Positions 37,268-47,745 of a stretch of DNA of 64,000 nt are shown in pieces. Location of the stretch: contig CAVUGN010000005.1 in NCBI GenBank assembly GCA_963741095.1, positions 96,001 to 160,000 of the forward strand, read 5' to 3'. Made by a program: the position numbers and the translations under genes. Below the pieces are notes generated by a model that did not search any database, was not told the DNA's origin, and worked only from the letters and a program-made list of their open reading frames with translations. The stretch is from an uncultured Candidatus Micrarchaeota archaeon (GTDB lineage: Archaea > Micrarchaeota > Micrarchaeia > Micrarchaeales > Micrarchaeaceae). Each line of letters opens with the position of its first letter. The first letter of the stretch is position 1.

Positions 37268-38344
37268 TTATTGATTCTGTACAGCCTTTCCGTCTATAAA
37301 GCGGTCCAGTTCGGCCCTTGACCGCAGGCAGGCGTATGATGCCTTCGTTATCCTGTTCATGATTGCAAGGCCTATGCCGCGCTCGGGGAAGGTCTGTATC
37401 AGGCCCATTCGCGCACCCGTCCGGTCGAGCAGCCGGAATGAGTCGAAGAGGTTTTTGGCAATCTCGTAGGGGCTTTTCTCGCTACCCAGCCTTATCGCCT
37501 TCACGTTCCTGAGTTTAAGGCTCTTTGCCATCTCGTCGCTGCACAGGACCGCTATCTTCCAGTCTTTTGAGAGCCTTTTTGCGCCCTCCAGGAGCAGTTG
37601 CCTGCCGTCTATCGCCACGAGCCTTGTTCTGGGCGCATAGTGCCTGTACTTCATCCCTGGTGCTATTACCGCGCCCTTATGCTGCCTGTTGATACCCTTC
37701 GGCACCCTTATCTTTCCCAGATGCCTCTCAAGCTCCTCTACGGTGAAGGCACCGGGCCTAAGAAGCACGAACGGCCTCCTTGTCATGTCTATTATAGTGG
37801 ATTCCACGCCGAATTCGGTGTCTCCCCCGTCTATTATCAGGTCAGCCTTCCCGTCGAGGTCCTGTACGACATGCTCGGCCCTCGTGGGGCTCGGTCTGGT
37901 CGAAAGATTGGCGCTTGGAGCGGCTATGGGCACCCCGCTTGCCTCTATTAGACGTAGCGCGATGGGGTGGGCTGGCATCCTCACTGCCACGGTCTTCAAT
38001 CCCGCTGTTGCTGCTTTAGATATCCTGGCGTTCTTCTTCAGTATCAGCGTCACCGGCCCTGGCCAGACTATCCTGGCGGACTTCAGCACGGACCCGCTTA
38101 TGCCCTCGGCAACATCGTGCAGCTGCCTGATGCTGCAGATGTGCACTATCAGCGGGTTGTCGGCGGGCCTGCCCTTTATCCTGAATATCGACATGCATGC
38201 TTTTTGATCGAAGGCGTTCGCTCCGATGCCGTAGACAGTCTCGGTAGGAAAGGCCACGGTCCCCCCTGCCTTTATGACCTTCGCTGCCTTTTTTATCCTC
38301 TCGGCCTGCGGATTGATTGGATTTATCCTTATTACCTCCGTCAT
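37268..38344 (-). CDS. sua5: Threonylcarbamoyl-AMP synthase Sua5
   Basis: AFPTETVYGIGA, KGRPADNPLIVH, APSANLS, APGMKYRHYAP and GLAIMNRI motifs. Confidence 0.96.
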   Translation of the reverse strand: MTEVIRINPINPQAERIKKAAKVIKAGGTVAFPTETVYGIGANAFDQKACMSIFRIKGRPADNPLIVHICSIRQLHDVAEGISGSVLKSARIVWPGPVTLILKKNARISKAATAGLKTVAVRMPAHPIALRLIEASGVPIAAPSANLSTRPSPTRAEHVVQDLDGKADLIIDGGDTEFGVESTIIDMTRRPFVLLRPGAFTVEELERHLGKIRVPKGINRQHKGAVIAPGMKYRHYAPRTRLVAIDGRQLLLEGAKRLSKDWKIAVLCSDEMAKSLKLRNVKAIRLGSEKSPYEIAKNLFDSFRLLDRTGARMGLIQTFPERGIGLAIMNRITKASYACLRSRAELDRFIDGKAVQNQ

Positions 38345-38406
38345 CAGTAACACTTGCCGCAGCAAAGTAATTTTATTGTTTCTGTGGCTATAATAATGAT
38401 GGTTTA

Positions 38407-38934
38407 ATGGGAGTGGATCAAGGAGAGATTAATGCCGCAAGGAGCGTGCTCTGGCCGGACGAGAAGGTCGAGCTGACAGTCACCCAGAGAAGGATCGGGC
38501 CCGGCGGCTCGGTGACAACGCCGACGACAGTGCTCACGACGGACAAAAGGCTGATAATACTCAACCGGGCTTCGATGGGCATGAGGAAGGACTACGAGGT
38601 GATACCGTACAGGCAGATAACCAGCGTGAGGCTGGAGCACGGCATCATATCCTCTTCCGTTTTCATACGAGTCCAGGGCTACGACAGGGACCAAGGACTA
38701 CTGAAGAACGGCAAGGAGGAGGGGGAGATAGACGGCCTGAGGAACAGCGACGCGAAGGCGCTTGCCGATTATCTCAGCAAGAGGCAGGAGCAGATCGAGC
38801 AGGTGGCGGAAGGGGACGAGCCGCAGGGCCAGCCGGACAACGGCATGGGCGCCTACGTCTATTGCAGCAAGTGCGGCACGAAGGACAACGCCGGAGCCAA
38901 GTTCTGCAGCAAGTGCGGCGCCAAGCTCGAATGA
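38407..38934 (+). CDS. PH-domain protein with C-terminal zinc ribbon
   Basis: LTTDKRLII...IPYRQITSV; CSKC...CSKC tail. Confidence 0.85.
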   Translation: MGVDQGEINAARSVLWPDEKVELTVTQRRIGPGGSVTTPTTVLTTDKRLIILNRASMGMRKDYEVIPYRQITSVRLEHGIISSSVFIRVQGYDRDQGLLKNGKEEGEIDGLRNSDAKALADYLSKRQEQIEQVAEGDEPQGQPDNGMGAYVYCSKCGTKDNAGAKFCSKCGAKLE

Positions 38935-38974
38935 CGCCTTTTTATTCTTTTTTACCGTTTCTTGATATGGTTCA

Positions 38975-39520
38975 ATGAAAAAGCAGTTCCTGGTCTTTGC
39001 AGGACTCGTCCTGTTTGCGGCGGCGCTGTTTGTCCTGGAGTCCCATCTGTGCATAGCCAACAAGGATTGCAGCCTTAACTTCGCCCCCGCGCATCCCCAC
39101 TACGGGCCATCGATAGTGCTTTACGTATGGAGTCTGGCTCGCGGGACTCAGACGACCTACGACGTCTACACCGCCCAGACCCCCGGAGAGCTGCTGGACG
39201 GGCTGATGAATTATAAGTTCAACTGCACCCTGCCGAGCGCGTGCATAAACGGCATGATGTTCTTTTTCCCGAACGAATCGCAGCAGTGCTTCTGGATGAA
39301 GGACACCCCGGAGCCGCTGGAGCAGGCATGGTTCAACGCGAATGGGGTGGTGACCGCGGTGTACAACGCCACCCCCAATGACACAACAACGGTCTGCCAC
39401 GAGGGCAATGCGGTGCTCGAATTGTACCACAACATATCCGAACAAGTGCAGGTGGGCGATTACCTGCCGCCCGGAGGGATTTCTGCCATAAGGGACCAGC
39501 TCGTGGGCAAGATCCCGTGA
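38975..39520 (+). CDS. DUF192-like exported protein
   Basis: A-x-T-x-x-E-x-x-x-GLM, GMMFFF, FWMKDTPEPL and AVLEL motifs. Confidence 0.82.
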   Translation: MKKQFLVFAGLVLFAAALFVLESHLCIANKDCSLNFAPAHPHYGPSIVLYVWSLARGTQTTYDVYTAQTPGELLDGLMNYKFNCTLPSACINGMMFFFPNESQQCFWMKDTPEPLEQAWFNANGVVTAVYNATPNDTTTVCHEGNAVLELYHNISEQVQVGDYLPPGGISAIRDQLVGKIP

Positions 39521-39599
39521 TCGGGGCAATGCCGTTGGTACAAACGGCGTATAAAGAATCCGGTGAATGAGAGATTGCATTGATCAAAAGGTGCTAGCG

Positions 39600-40529
39600 A
39601 TGGACTTTCTAGAAGAACTGAGATTTCTGAAGGAGCAGCTGAGCTTCCGCGAGACGATAAAAAACATCAATTACGAAAAGGTTGTCTTGGCGGGGATGGG
39701 GAGTTCGGGCATAGCGGGCAGGATATTCCAAGAGCTGTACACGGAGAAGCCCACCTTCCTTGTCGATGATTACCGTGTACCGGGATTCGTTGACTCGAAG
39801 ACTCTTTTCATAGCGATAAGCTATTCCGGAAACACAGAGGAGACGCTGACCGCGACCGCAGCTGCGAGGGAGCGCGGAGCCAGGATAGCTGTGATAAGCT
39901 CTGGAGGAAAGCTGCAGGGAAGGGGCGACGAGAACATACTGATACCAAGGTCTGATTTCCAGCCGAGGGCCGCGATGGGCTGGCTGCTCATGCCGCTCCT
40001 GACGAGTTTCAAGGTCTGCACGGAGAGCGACCTCAAGCGCACGTATGAGCTGCTCTCGGAACTTGACAAGAACAACGAGGAATGCAGAAAACATGCAGAA
40101 GCCATATGGAAAGACAAGAGCCTGCCCTTGATCTACGCCTCGTCGCCTTTCAGGGGCGTTGCCTACAGGTGGAAGGCGCAGTTCAACGAGAACGCTAAGG
40201 TCCTCTCGTACGCGAACTACTTCCCGGAGCTGAGCCACAACGAGACCATGGCGCTGTCGAAGACTTATAGGAAGGAGCTCTTCTACTTCTTCGTCCTTGG
40301 CTCGGAGTATCCGGAGATAGGAAGGAGGGTGGATCTTACAAGCAGCATGACTAACACGGATTTCCACACGGTTGAGCCGAAGGGAAAGAGCATGACTGAG
40401 AAGACCTTCTACTTGATCCATTACGGCGACTATGTCACCTACCACCTGGGTAAATTGAAGAATGAGGATCCGGCAGACTGGAGCCTGGTGGAAGACCTGA
40501 AAAAGAAGCTTGCAGAAAAGGCCCCATGA
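39600..40529 (+). CDS. Bifunctional phosphoglucose/phosphomannose isomerase
   Basis: GMGSSG, SYSGNTEETL, QPR, RWKAQFNENAK and PELSHNE motifs. Confidence 0.93.
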   Translation: MDFLEELRFLKEQLSFRETIKNINYEKVVLAGMGSSGIAGRIFQELYTEKPTFLVDDYRVPGFVDSKTLFIAISYSGNTEETLTATAAARERGARIAVISSGGKLQGRGDENILIPRSDFQPRAAMGWLLMPLLTSFKVCTESDLKRTYELLSELDKNNEECRKHAEAIWKDKSLPLIYASSPFRGVAYRWKAQFNENAKVLSYANYFPELSHNETMALSKTYRKELFYFFVLGSEYPEIGRRVDLTSSMTNTDFHTVEPKGKSMTEKTFYLIHYGDYVTYHLGKLKNEDPADWSLVEDLKKKLAEKAP

Positions 40530-40547
40530 AGTCCATGGGGTGCAGGA

Positions 40548-41483
40548 TCATTTCTTGCTGTTGTAGTGCTCGAGCAGCTTCGCTATCCCCTGGTCCAGGG
40601 AGTATTGCGCCGTGAAGCCCAGCTTCTCCCTGGCCTTCGTCGTGTCCGCCTGGGTGTGCTCGACGTAGTTCTTCAGCGGGTTGATTACGTACTTGGGCTT
40701 TATCTCCTTGCCCATCTGCTTGCCGAGTATCATTATCATCTCGTTTATCGTGTAGGCCCTTCCCCTGCCGGCGTTGAAGATCTCGAACTTGTCGAAGTCC
40801 TTCATCGCCGCGAGCTCAAGAGCATGGACGGTATCGTCGACATAGGTGAAGTCCCTTGTCTGGCTCCCGTCGCCGTAGATGACCGGGTCCTCGCCCTTCT
40901 GCGCGGCCCACATGAACTGGGTGACGAGGTTGGCATACTTGCCCTTGTACTCCTCGTTCTTTCCGTAGACCGAGAAAAATCTAACCGCCACGGCGTTGAG
41001 CTTGTCGAGCTTTCCGTACAGCTCCGCCAGCCTTTCGACGTTCAGTCGCGCCTCGGTGTAGAAATCTGTAACTAGCGGGACCATGTCCTCCCTGTGCGGA
41101 GGCAGCTGCCCGTTGTATATGGATGAGGACGAAGCTATGACCACCTTCGCGCCCTTCTTGACGCAGAACTCGTACATGCTGACCGCCCCGTCGACAACCT
41201 CGCCCACGAAGTGCCTGTTCGCGCCGTACATCGGAGTCGAAGAGTACATTCCAAGATGGAAGACCACGTCCGGGTTGAGGTCGTAGTTTCCTATGTTGCG
41301 CGCATCGTCCTTTATCAGGGTTGCGCCTTCCTTGAGTATGCCCTTTATGTTATTCTCGTTTCCGGTGTGTATCTTGTCTATGATCGTTATCTCGTTCTCC
41401 TTCGCCAGATGCTCGGCCAGGTTGCTCCCTATGAAGCCGGCACCGCCGGTTACGATGATTTTTAGTCCCTTCAATTCTCTCAA
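40548..41483 (-). CDS. NAD-dependent nucleotide-sugar epimerase/dehydratase
   Basis: VTGGAGFIGS, SSSSIY, YTEAR (YxxxK-like), GDGSQTRDFTYVDD. Confidence 0.93.
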   Translation of the reverse strand: MRELKGLKIIVTGGAGFIGSNLAEHLAKENEITIIDKIHTGNENNIKGILKEGATLIKDDARNIGNYDLNPDVVFHLGMYSSTPMYGANRHFVGEVVDGAVSMYEFCVKKGAKVVIASSSSIYNGQLPPHREDMVPLVTDFYTEARLNVERLAELYGKLDKLNAVAVRFFSVYGKNEEYKGKYANLVTQFMWAAQKGEDPVIYGDGSQTRDFTYVDDTVHALELAAMKDFDKFEIFNAGRGRAYTINEMIMILGKQMGKEIKPKYVINPLKNYVEHTQADTTKAREKLGFTAQYSLDQGIAKLLEHYNSKK

Positions 41484-41738
41484 TCAAACACCGTTGTCGC
41501 CAGCCAGCCCCGTCGGATGACCAGACACTGTATGTATGGTTTTCTATGTTTAAAATTGTTTCTTTTCGCTTCTTTGACCGTCATGATCGCCCTTTCCGTA
41601 CCGCATTTTACTATCTTCATCCGAGATATTTATGCATTTCGTCTCGAAATCGCCGCCGAAATGGGGTATTAAAAGCCTTGTCTGGTCAGGTTCTGGTAAA
41701 TCTTAGGGTGGTAATTGACGGCTGGTAAGCATCGGCTA

Positions 41739-44308
41739 TTACCAACTGTTCTCTTCGACGAGTTTTATCTGGTCTCGGTCTAACCCATAGAGCTTGTATA
41801 TCAGCTTATTTACCTCGTCTTTCATAGTCTCGCCATGATGAGAACTGCCCTTTGTTTCGATAATCTCTTTTACAAGCCTTACAACCTTGTCGTATTCTGG
41901 CTTGCCCTGATACTCGCATAGTGGTATCTTTGCCATATGGTATTTGTCGAACCGCATGGTTCTAATTGCTTTGGCATAAATGAATCTATACGCATACCAG
42001 TTAATCAGCTTTGAGTTGAGCAGGGCTACAACAAATTCGGGAGCTATCCCATCAAGGAATATGTTGCCTACGTTGTCTAAAGTTATCAGCCCCTTATCAT
42101 CTATCGTAGCCATCAGGATAATATGGTCTTTCGGATTCAATACATGGGCTACGATATTCTGAACAACCACCTTGGGCTTTTCTGTATATTGAACGGCCTT
42201 CTTTATCTCGTTGTAGTCAGATTTCGTTATGAAGTCCGTAACTTCCTTAATCTCGTATCTGCCTATGGATTTACCCCTCAGTATCGGTATTTCACCCGTT
42301 TCTTTTAGGTAGCTCTGTATAATCGCTCCCCTCTCTATGTTGGCGACTTTGGATAAGAACTCTCCCGTATTCAGAAGTTTTAGCCCTAATTTCAGTTCGT
42401 CCTCTGTAACGTCGTTTATGAAGTTCCCGAAAACGTCCACGAGCTTCTTGTCCACCGCTATCGGCTTTCTCTTTTCATCCAAGAACTCAATATGATACTG
42501 CTTGGCATTAGACCCTTTTTTCAAGATGATGATTACCTGTTCCAATAGAACGTCCTTGAAGGCTTTGCTTACGTCAACCAGCTTAATCAGGTCGTTCTTG
42601 ATTAGAAGCCTTGCACTAATCCATTTCTGGCTGTATATCAGGGGCTTAGGCACTATGAAACCCAAATATCCGTCCTTGTCCAACAGCAGATACGCCCTGT
42701 TAATGAACGCTATCGCAGTATCGGTATTGTTCTTGGTGGCTGGATAGTTCTTTAGCATATATTCTCTTTCGCTTGTATTAAGTTCAGCACCATACGGCGG
42801 ATTCCCTATTACTATGTTGAAGGACTTGACGTTTAATTCTTCGAGCCAATTATCCCAGTCAAAAGATTCTTTCGAGAGTTCCCTATCGTTTATTAGGCTG
42901 TTCCCAACCCTTACGTTATTTTTTAGTTCTGGCAATAGCGTAGTGTGGTCTGTTATCGTCTTTTGTTTCGTAGAGCCGAGTATCTTAAGGTAGATATTGA
43001 GTTTTGCTATTGATACTGCCCGTTCGTCTAAGTCCACGCCATAGATATTGTTCTTGATAAGTTCAAGTCTCTTAGAAGGCGAGAGCTGGCTGTAATTCTT
43101 AACCCTGTCATAATAGAACTTGTCGAACTCGGAGACTACTTTTATCAGGAAAGAACCCGAACCGCAAGCAGGGTCTAATACTTTGATTTTAGGTATGAAA
43201 TTATTTCGCCCCCCCTTTATACCATGTAATTCTTTTGCTATTGTATTCTCAACGATATAATCCACTATCGGCTTGGGTGTGTAGTATATCCCTTGCTCTT
43301 TTCGTGTTGACTTTCCGCCTATGAGTTTTCTGCCCTTTTGAATGTAGGCGAGATAGTTTTCGTAGATATTTCCCAGCACATCCACGTCTATCGCCGCAAA
43401 GTTGTATTCTATGTGCTCGCTCGGTTTCGATATACTGTCCAAAAGTTCTCGTATGACCTTATCAGGTATATCTATCGTCTCAAGTTCGGGTCTGCTGTCG
43501 GAAGCCCAAATATGTCAGTATCGTATTTCTGTCTGTATTTGGCAAAGACCACCTTACTGTTGTGTATATTTCCTTGTCGTCGTTTCGGTATATCTGCTCT
43601 AAAATTCTCTTTTCTCACTCTTCGGCCTCGACCTTTTTTATGAAGATTATCCTGTTTATTAACCCCTGTGTTAGCTCCTCTATTTGCTCTGGCGTTTTGT
43701 CTTTGGCTTCTGCTTGGAGAGACTGCTTATCTTTTCCCTGAATTTGTTTATGCTGTTAGCCAAGTCTGTGGTTATGTCTATTTGTTGAATCTTGTAATTG
43801 CTGACTTTCGCATATTTGTCCAAAGAGCCATCGAGTATGTTCTGGGCGTTGAGCAGTTGTAGCTTGTCCACCGAATAGGACAGATTCCCCGAAAGAAGGT
43901 CTATATTGCAGAACGGGTATATGCTATCCCTTGTTACATACCATCCTCGTATCCTTTTAAAGTCTGTTAGAATCGCCCAATTAACCGCCTTGCTGTAAGC
44001 ATAATCTTGAACCTGCTTATCGTATTTTCCGTTAGCAAGGTTCGCATCGCTCTTAAGTTTCTTTGCCTCAACTATCACTTTCGGGACGGGTTTAGGATAG
44101 CTGTAATCGGCACGTTTTATACTGCCTCTGTGTCTATTGGATTCTGTCTGTCTATCATGGGTTCCTCCCATTCCAAAACCTCTTTGAGTATCCTGTCAAC
44201 TAATTTAGAACGAGTATCGTCTTCGGATAGCGTATCATCCGAGTAGTCCTTCTTGTATGCGTCTATTATTTTGTTGAGCCTTAAGATAATTTCGTCCTTG
44301 TCTATCAT
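41739..44308 (-). CDS. Fused restriction endonuclease / N6-adenine methyltransferase (type IIG-like), frameshifted in its 5' part
   Basis: SEDDTRSKLVDRIL...RADY...IVEAK...Q-x-x-x-Y...ILTDF nuclease; GIYYTP, LDPACGSGSFL, IGNPPY and a TaqI_C-like TRD; split across ORFs 44117-44308, 43680-44171 and 41739-43442. Confidence 0.85.
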
Positions 44309-44333
44309 AATTACAGTAGGAACTGATACTCTT

Positions 44334-45464
44334 TTAAGAGTTTATCTCAGGCTGTTCTGAAAGGGACTTTACAAGCAAGTCCCTCCAGTTCCCGCTCTCG
44401 TGTATCCCCGAAGCCTTAGCTGGCGTAGTTCCTAATGCCCCGTGAGGCTTGACAAAGTTGTAGTAGGTTTTGAAGTTCTTTGTAAAGTTCTCTGTTCCAG
44501 TATCCGTCTTAAAGCTCTTCATTACCTTGTCCCTCTGTCTGAACGTCCCGTGATACCTTTCCAGCTTGTTATTATTGCTCATTCCTTGCTTTAGGCTAAC
44601 GTAACGCTGGTGAGGATGCCTATTTGTGTAAGTCCAAAACTCATGCGTTATCGCCTTATTGTATGCGAAAGCCCCATCAGTAATTACAGTCTTGGCTTTG
44701 CTGTTAGCCGTCCGCTTTGCATCCTTGAATAGAGTCTGTGCGTCCTCTGTCGTCCTTGTCGGGCTGACATGGTTAGCGAGCAGAAAACGGGTATCGCTAT
44801 CGAGGCAGTTCCATACCCACTTATGCGAACCTTTTGTGATACATCTGCTCGTCAGCGTGCCATGTATCGCTAACGGCTGGGTGGTATTGCTTGACATACT
44901 GGTTTATTTTGTAAATGTATGCGGCCGCCGATTTCATTACTGAAACATGGGTTACCTTCAAGCTCATGAATTGCTTTAGGCTGTCCGCTATCGAGCGGTA
45001 GCTTACCCCCTTCATATATAAGTCCATAGCCATAACAACAGCGTCCAAGTCGCTCTTGATTTTCTGCAGAGGCTCTAATACGAACCTTGTTGCAGTTTAG
45101 GCATAGCCACCTCTGTTTCTTGCCCATAGTGGTCTTTCTTGTTCCGTCCTTTTGCAGTTTTGTAGAATTACAGTGAGGGCATGGCTGGTTTATGCTCGCT
45201 ATCTGATGTATCTCTGACGCCTTGACTTTGGCAGTAAGGTAGAACTTCAAGAGTATGATATGCTTGCAGAGATTACCTCTATGTTGTCCTCACAGTCGCA
45301 TACGCAAAAGCCGTTAGATTCTGTTCTACTTTGTGTTTTAACCCCTTAACGTTCTGTGATGGTATCCAATAAATCCCCTGTCCGTCCGATGCAGGCTTGA
45401 TACCTTCTTGTGCCATCTTTAGGCTTCTTTCCTTCCTCAATTCGTATGGTGTTTTATTCGTCAT
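44334..45464 (-). pseudogene. IS6/IS1-like DDE transposase with N-terminal SWIM and zinc-ribbon motifs, multiply frameshifted as assembled
   Basis: Fragments: CDC...CKHI (SWIM), CPHC...WLCLNC, DLYMKGVSYRSIA (HTH), WHADE, WVWNCLDSDTRFLLA, ITDG, NNKLERYHGTFRQR, YYNFVKPH. Confidence 0.85.
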
Positions 45465-45575
45465 ATAACCATCTTACTTGTATAGTATATTATTGTATGA
45501 GTATATATAAATACCTTTCGGGTAAGATACGATACCTTTATATACCTTAACCTAATATATTATAATGGTAATATT

Positions 45576-45716
45576 ATGGGTCTCGTAGAACTAAAAGTAA
45601 AGGGATATAGATGCGAGCGGTGCGGGCATGAGTGGGTTCCTAAAGGTTCAGAAGAACGACGAGTTTGCCCTAAGTGCAAAAGCCCTTACTGGAACAAACC
45701 AAGAAAGAAAAAGTAG
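45576..45716 (+). CDS. Zinc-ribbon microprotein (46 aa)
   Basis: MGLVELKVKGYRCERCGHEWVPKGSEERRVCPKCKSPYWNKPRKKK*; TTTATATA upstream; divergent from the transposase. Not in the ORF track. Confidence 0.8.
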   Translation: MGLVELKVKGYRCERCGHEWVPKGSEERRVCPKCKSPYWNKPRKKK

Positions 45717-45797
45717 GAATTATTACTTTATTACACACATAATTACAAAAAGCTATATAGATTTGTAATAATTTTATAATCAAGAAAGGTAATAATT

Positions 45798-45944
45798 ATG
45801 ACAAAAAAAGAGACTGTGAGTATCAGGATGGACGCAGGAGTATGGAAAGAGGTAAAGATGCTTGCCGTTGAAAAAGATATGAAAATAAGCGACCTCGTAG
45901 AGACCTTACTTCTTAACTCTATTAAGCAGTTGAAAGGGAGGTAG
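45798..45944 (+). CDS. Ribbon-helix-helix microprotein (48 aa)
   Basis: MTKKETVSIRMDAGVWKEVKMLAVEKDMKISDLVETLL; AGGTAA SD-like upstream. Not in the ORF track. Confidence 0.8.
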   Translation: MTKKETVSIRMDAGVWKEVKMLAVEKDMKISDLVETLLLNSIKQLKGR

Positions 45945-45986
45945 CCTTTTATACTTTGCTAACCATAACCTCAGCGGTAGGTCTCT

Positions 45987-47166
45987 ATGGAAAATGTAGA
46001 ATGGAAGTATCAGGATGGTGAGTCGCTGGCTCACATAAGTGAATTAACAGTAAATTCTAAGACAGTCTTATCGCCATTCCACTCAACAACGACAAGAGAG
46101 GATGCAACATACCTATCTGTTGTGGGGTCAAATAGGAGGGAACCTTCGATAAACATATCGGCAGAGTCCCTTAGTAAGACCACATTGGACCAAATAGGTC
46201 AGAGCATAGAATCTGCAAACGCTCTAATGGGTAGGTTGAACGAAAGGAAATCGCAATCGCACAAGGACATAAACCTGATTTATCCACGCATACCAAAGAA
46301 GTATGAGATAAAGAACGGACAGAAAAAGCAGTATAACTTTATCCCAAGAATAGACAACCTTCAGATTACTACGCTGGTAGATGTAGAACTTCAGTGTAAT
46401 GCTGATGCAATAATACCCGATACCGAGTTCCATAACGGAATTCGATCACTTCAAAGAGATATTGAGCAGAACCAACAGCCAAATTCAAACATTTAGCAAA
46501 AACAAGCCGATGATGGGATACATACCCAATATTGACGACAGGGCATTAGTAATAAAGATGATACAGGAATATCTGAAAAAGGATTATGATTGTAGGATAT
46601 TTGGCGTGGACTTTAGCGGTGCTTCTAACGCCCCGCTCCTTATTTCGACTGTCGTTGGAACAATTAGGGACGAATTGAAGATAAAAAAGAACAAAGAGAA
46701 CAACGAGAATTATTACCTTCATGTCTTTAACGCCTCAACAGCCAAAAAGTCAGAAAAGGATATATCCCCGATAAGCAACTTGCTTACCCAGCTCTACGGC
46801 GTGGACTCGGCGAGCGGGACTATCTGGGGCGGAGCGGGCGATAACCCACAGCCAGAGAATTCAAGATACATAGTTACTGAGGACTATGGTGCTTACAAGA
46901 AAAAGGCCATACACAAGATAACCTGCAAGTGCTATGTATGCTCTCACTATTCCCTTGACGAGATATATGACTCAGCCAACTACTTACAAAGGCTAAAGGT
47001 GCATACAGTATCAAAATATAGGACAGAATACACAGAGATAGGAGAGAAGATAAAGAACGACAAAGACCCGCTTGTGCCTTATGTCAATACCAAAGCCCAA
47101 ACCAAAACCGATGTTAGAAAGATAATGAACGACGTAAATGAGATTAAGGCGAGGACATCGGGGTAA
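45987..47166 (+). CDS. Divergent tRNA-guanine transglycosylase (TGT)-fold protein, one frameshift near 46415
   Basis: N-terminal AHISELTVNSKTVLSP resembles the TGT start; YGVDS; zinc site CKCYVC...LKVH; two ORFs joined by one missing base in ATACCCGATA. Confidence 0.65.
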
Positions 47167-47229
47167 AATAAGACCGCCCCGATTTACCAGCCGTCAATTA
47201 CCACCCTAAGATTTACCAGAACCGTCTGG

Positions 47230-47745
47230 TCACTTCCGGATCACGCCCAGATTGCCCTCTTTTTCGACGTCAATCTTGGACCCTATTCCCCACGCGAATC
47301 CGATGAACATGGCGTTCTCCTTGTTCTGTATCCTGTGGCCGTTGTTTGCCGTTTCCTTTATCTCTTCGAGCTTGTTGACCAGGAGATCGACCGTGGCCTT
47401 GCTCGTCATTAACTCGATGGATTCCTGCGTTCCTGCCGTTTTTATGGCATAGAGGAAATCTGCGATATTGAAGGGCGTGCGCAACATCAGCGGATACAGG
47501 ACATGCGCGGCCTTTATCACATCGGGATTGCATGCCGTGTTTTGCATGTCCAGCACCTTTGCGGCCTGTATGTAGTCCAGGTTGAACCCCGTCGCCTGTT
47601 TCGGAACCACCTCTTTTATGCAGGAAAGGATATCCTTGCCGTTTGTCGCCTCCACCAGATCACCGTGCCACCCTCTATTTTTCGAGATATTTATGCCTAT
47701 GGTTGGATGACACTTGACGTACCCATGTTCGTCAAACGTTGCCAC
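47230..47745 (-). CDS. Hypothetical protein
   Basis: 171-aa ORF overlapping the end of thrC; its stop codon lies inside the transposon TSD. Confidence 0.6.
   Translation of the reverse strand: MATFDEHGYVKCHPTIGINISKNRGWHGDLVEATNGKDILSCIKEVVPKQATGFNLDYIQAAKVLDMQNTACNPDVIKAAHVLYPLMLRTPFNIADFLYAIKTAGTQESIELMTSKATVDLLVNKLEEIKETANNGHRIQNKENAMFIGFAWGIGSKIDVEKEGNLGVIRK

Larger units (their letters stand above)
41689..47223. mobile_element. 5.5-kb IS6-like transposon with passenger genes
   Basis: Perfect 40-bp TIRs at 41689-41728 and 47184-47223 (GGTTCTGGTAAATCTTAGGGTGGTAATTGACGGCTGGTAA); direct repeat GTCTGGTCA at 41680-41688 and 47224-47232; internal DDE transposase; AT-rich. Confidence 0.93.

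Noticed and set aside
41518-41526. Inverted copy of the TSD 9-mer (TGACCAGAC) about 155 bp from the element
   Set aside because: It is a single 9-mer with no adjacent TIR sequence, so it cannot be distinguished from chance.
41689-47223. Casposon or provirus
   Set aside because: No Cas1, family B polymerase, tyrosine integrase or capsid genes; the DDE transposase and TIRs explain the element.
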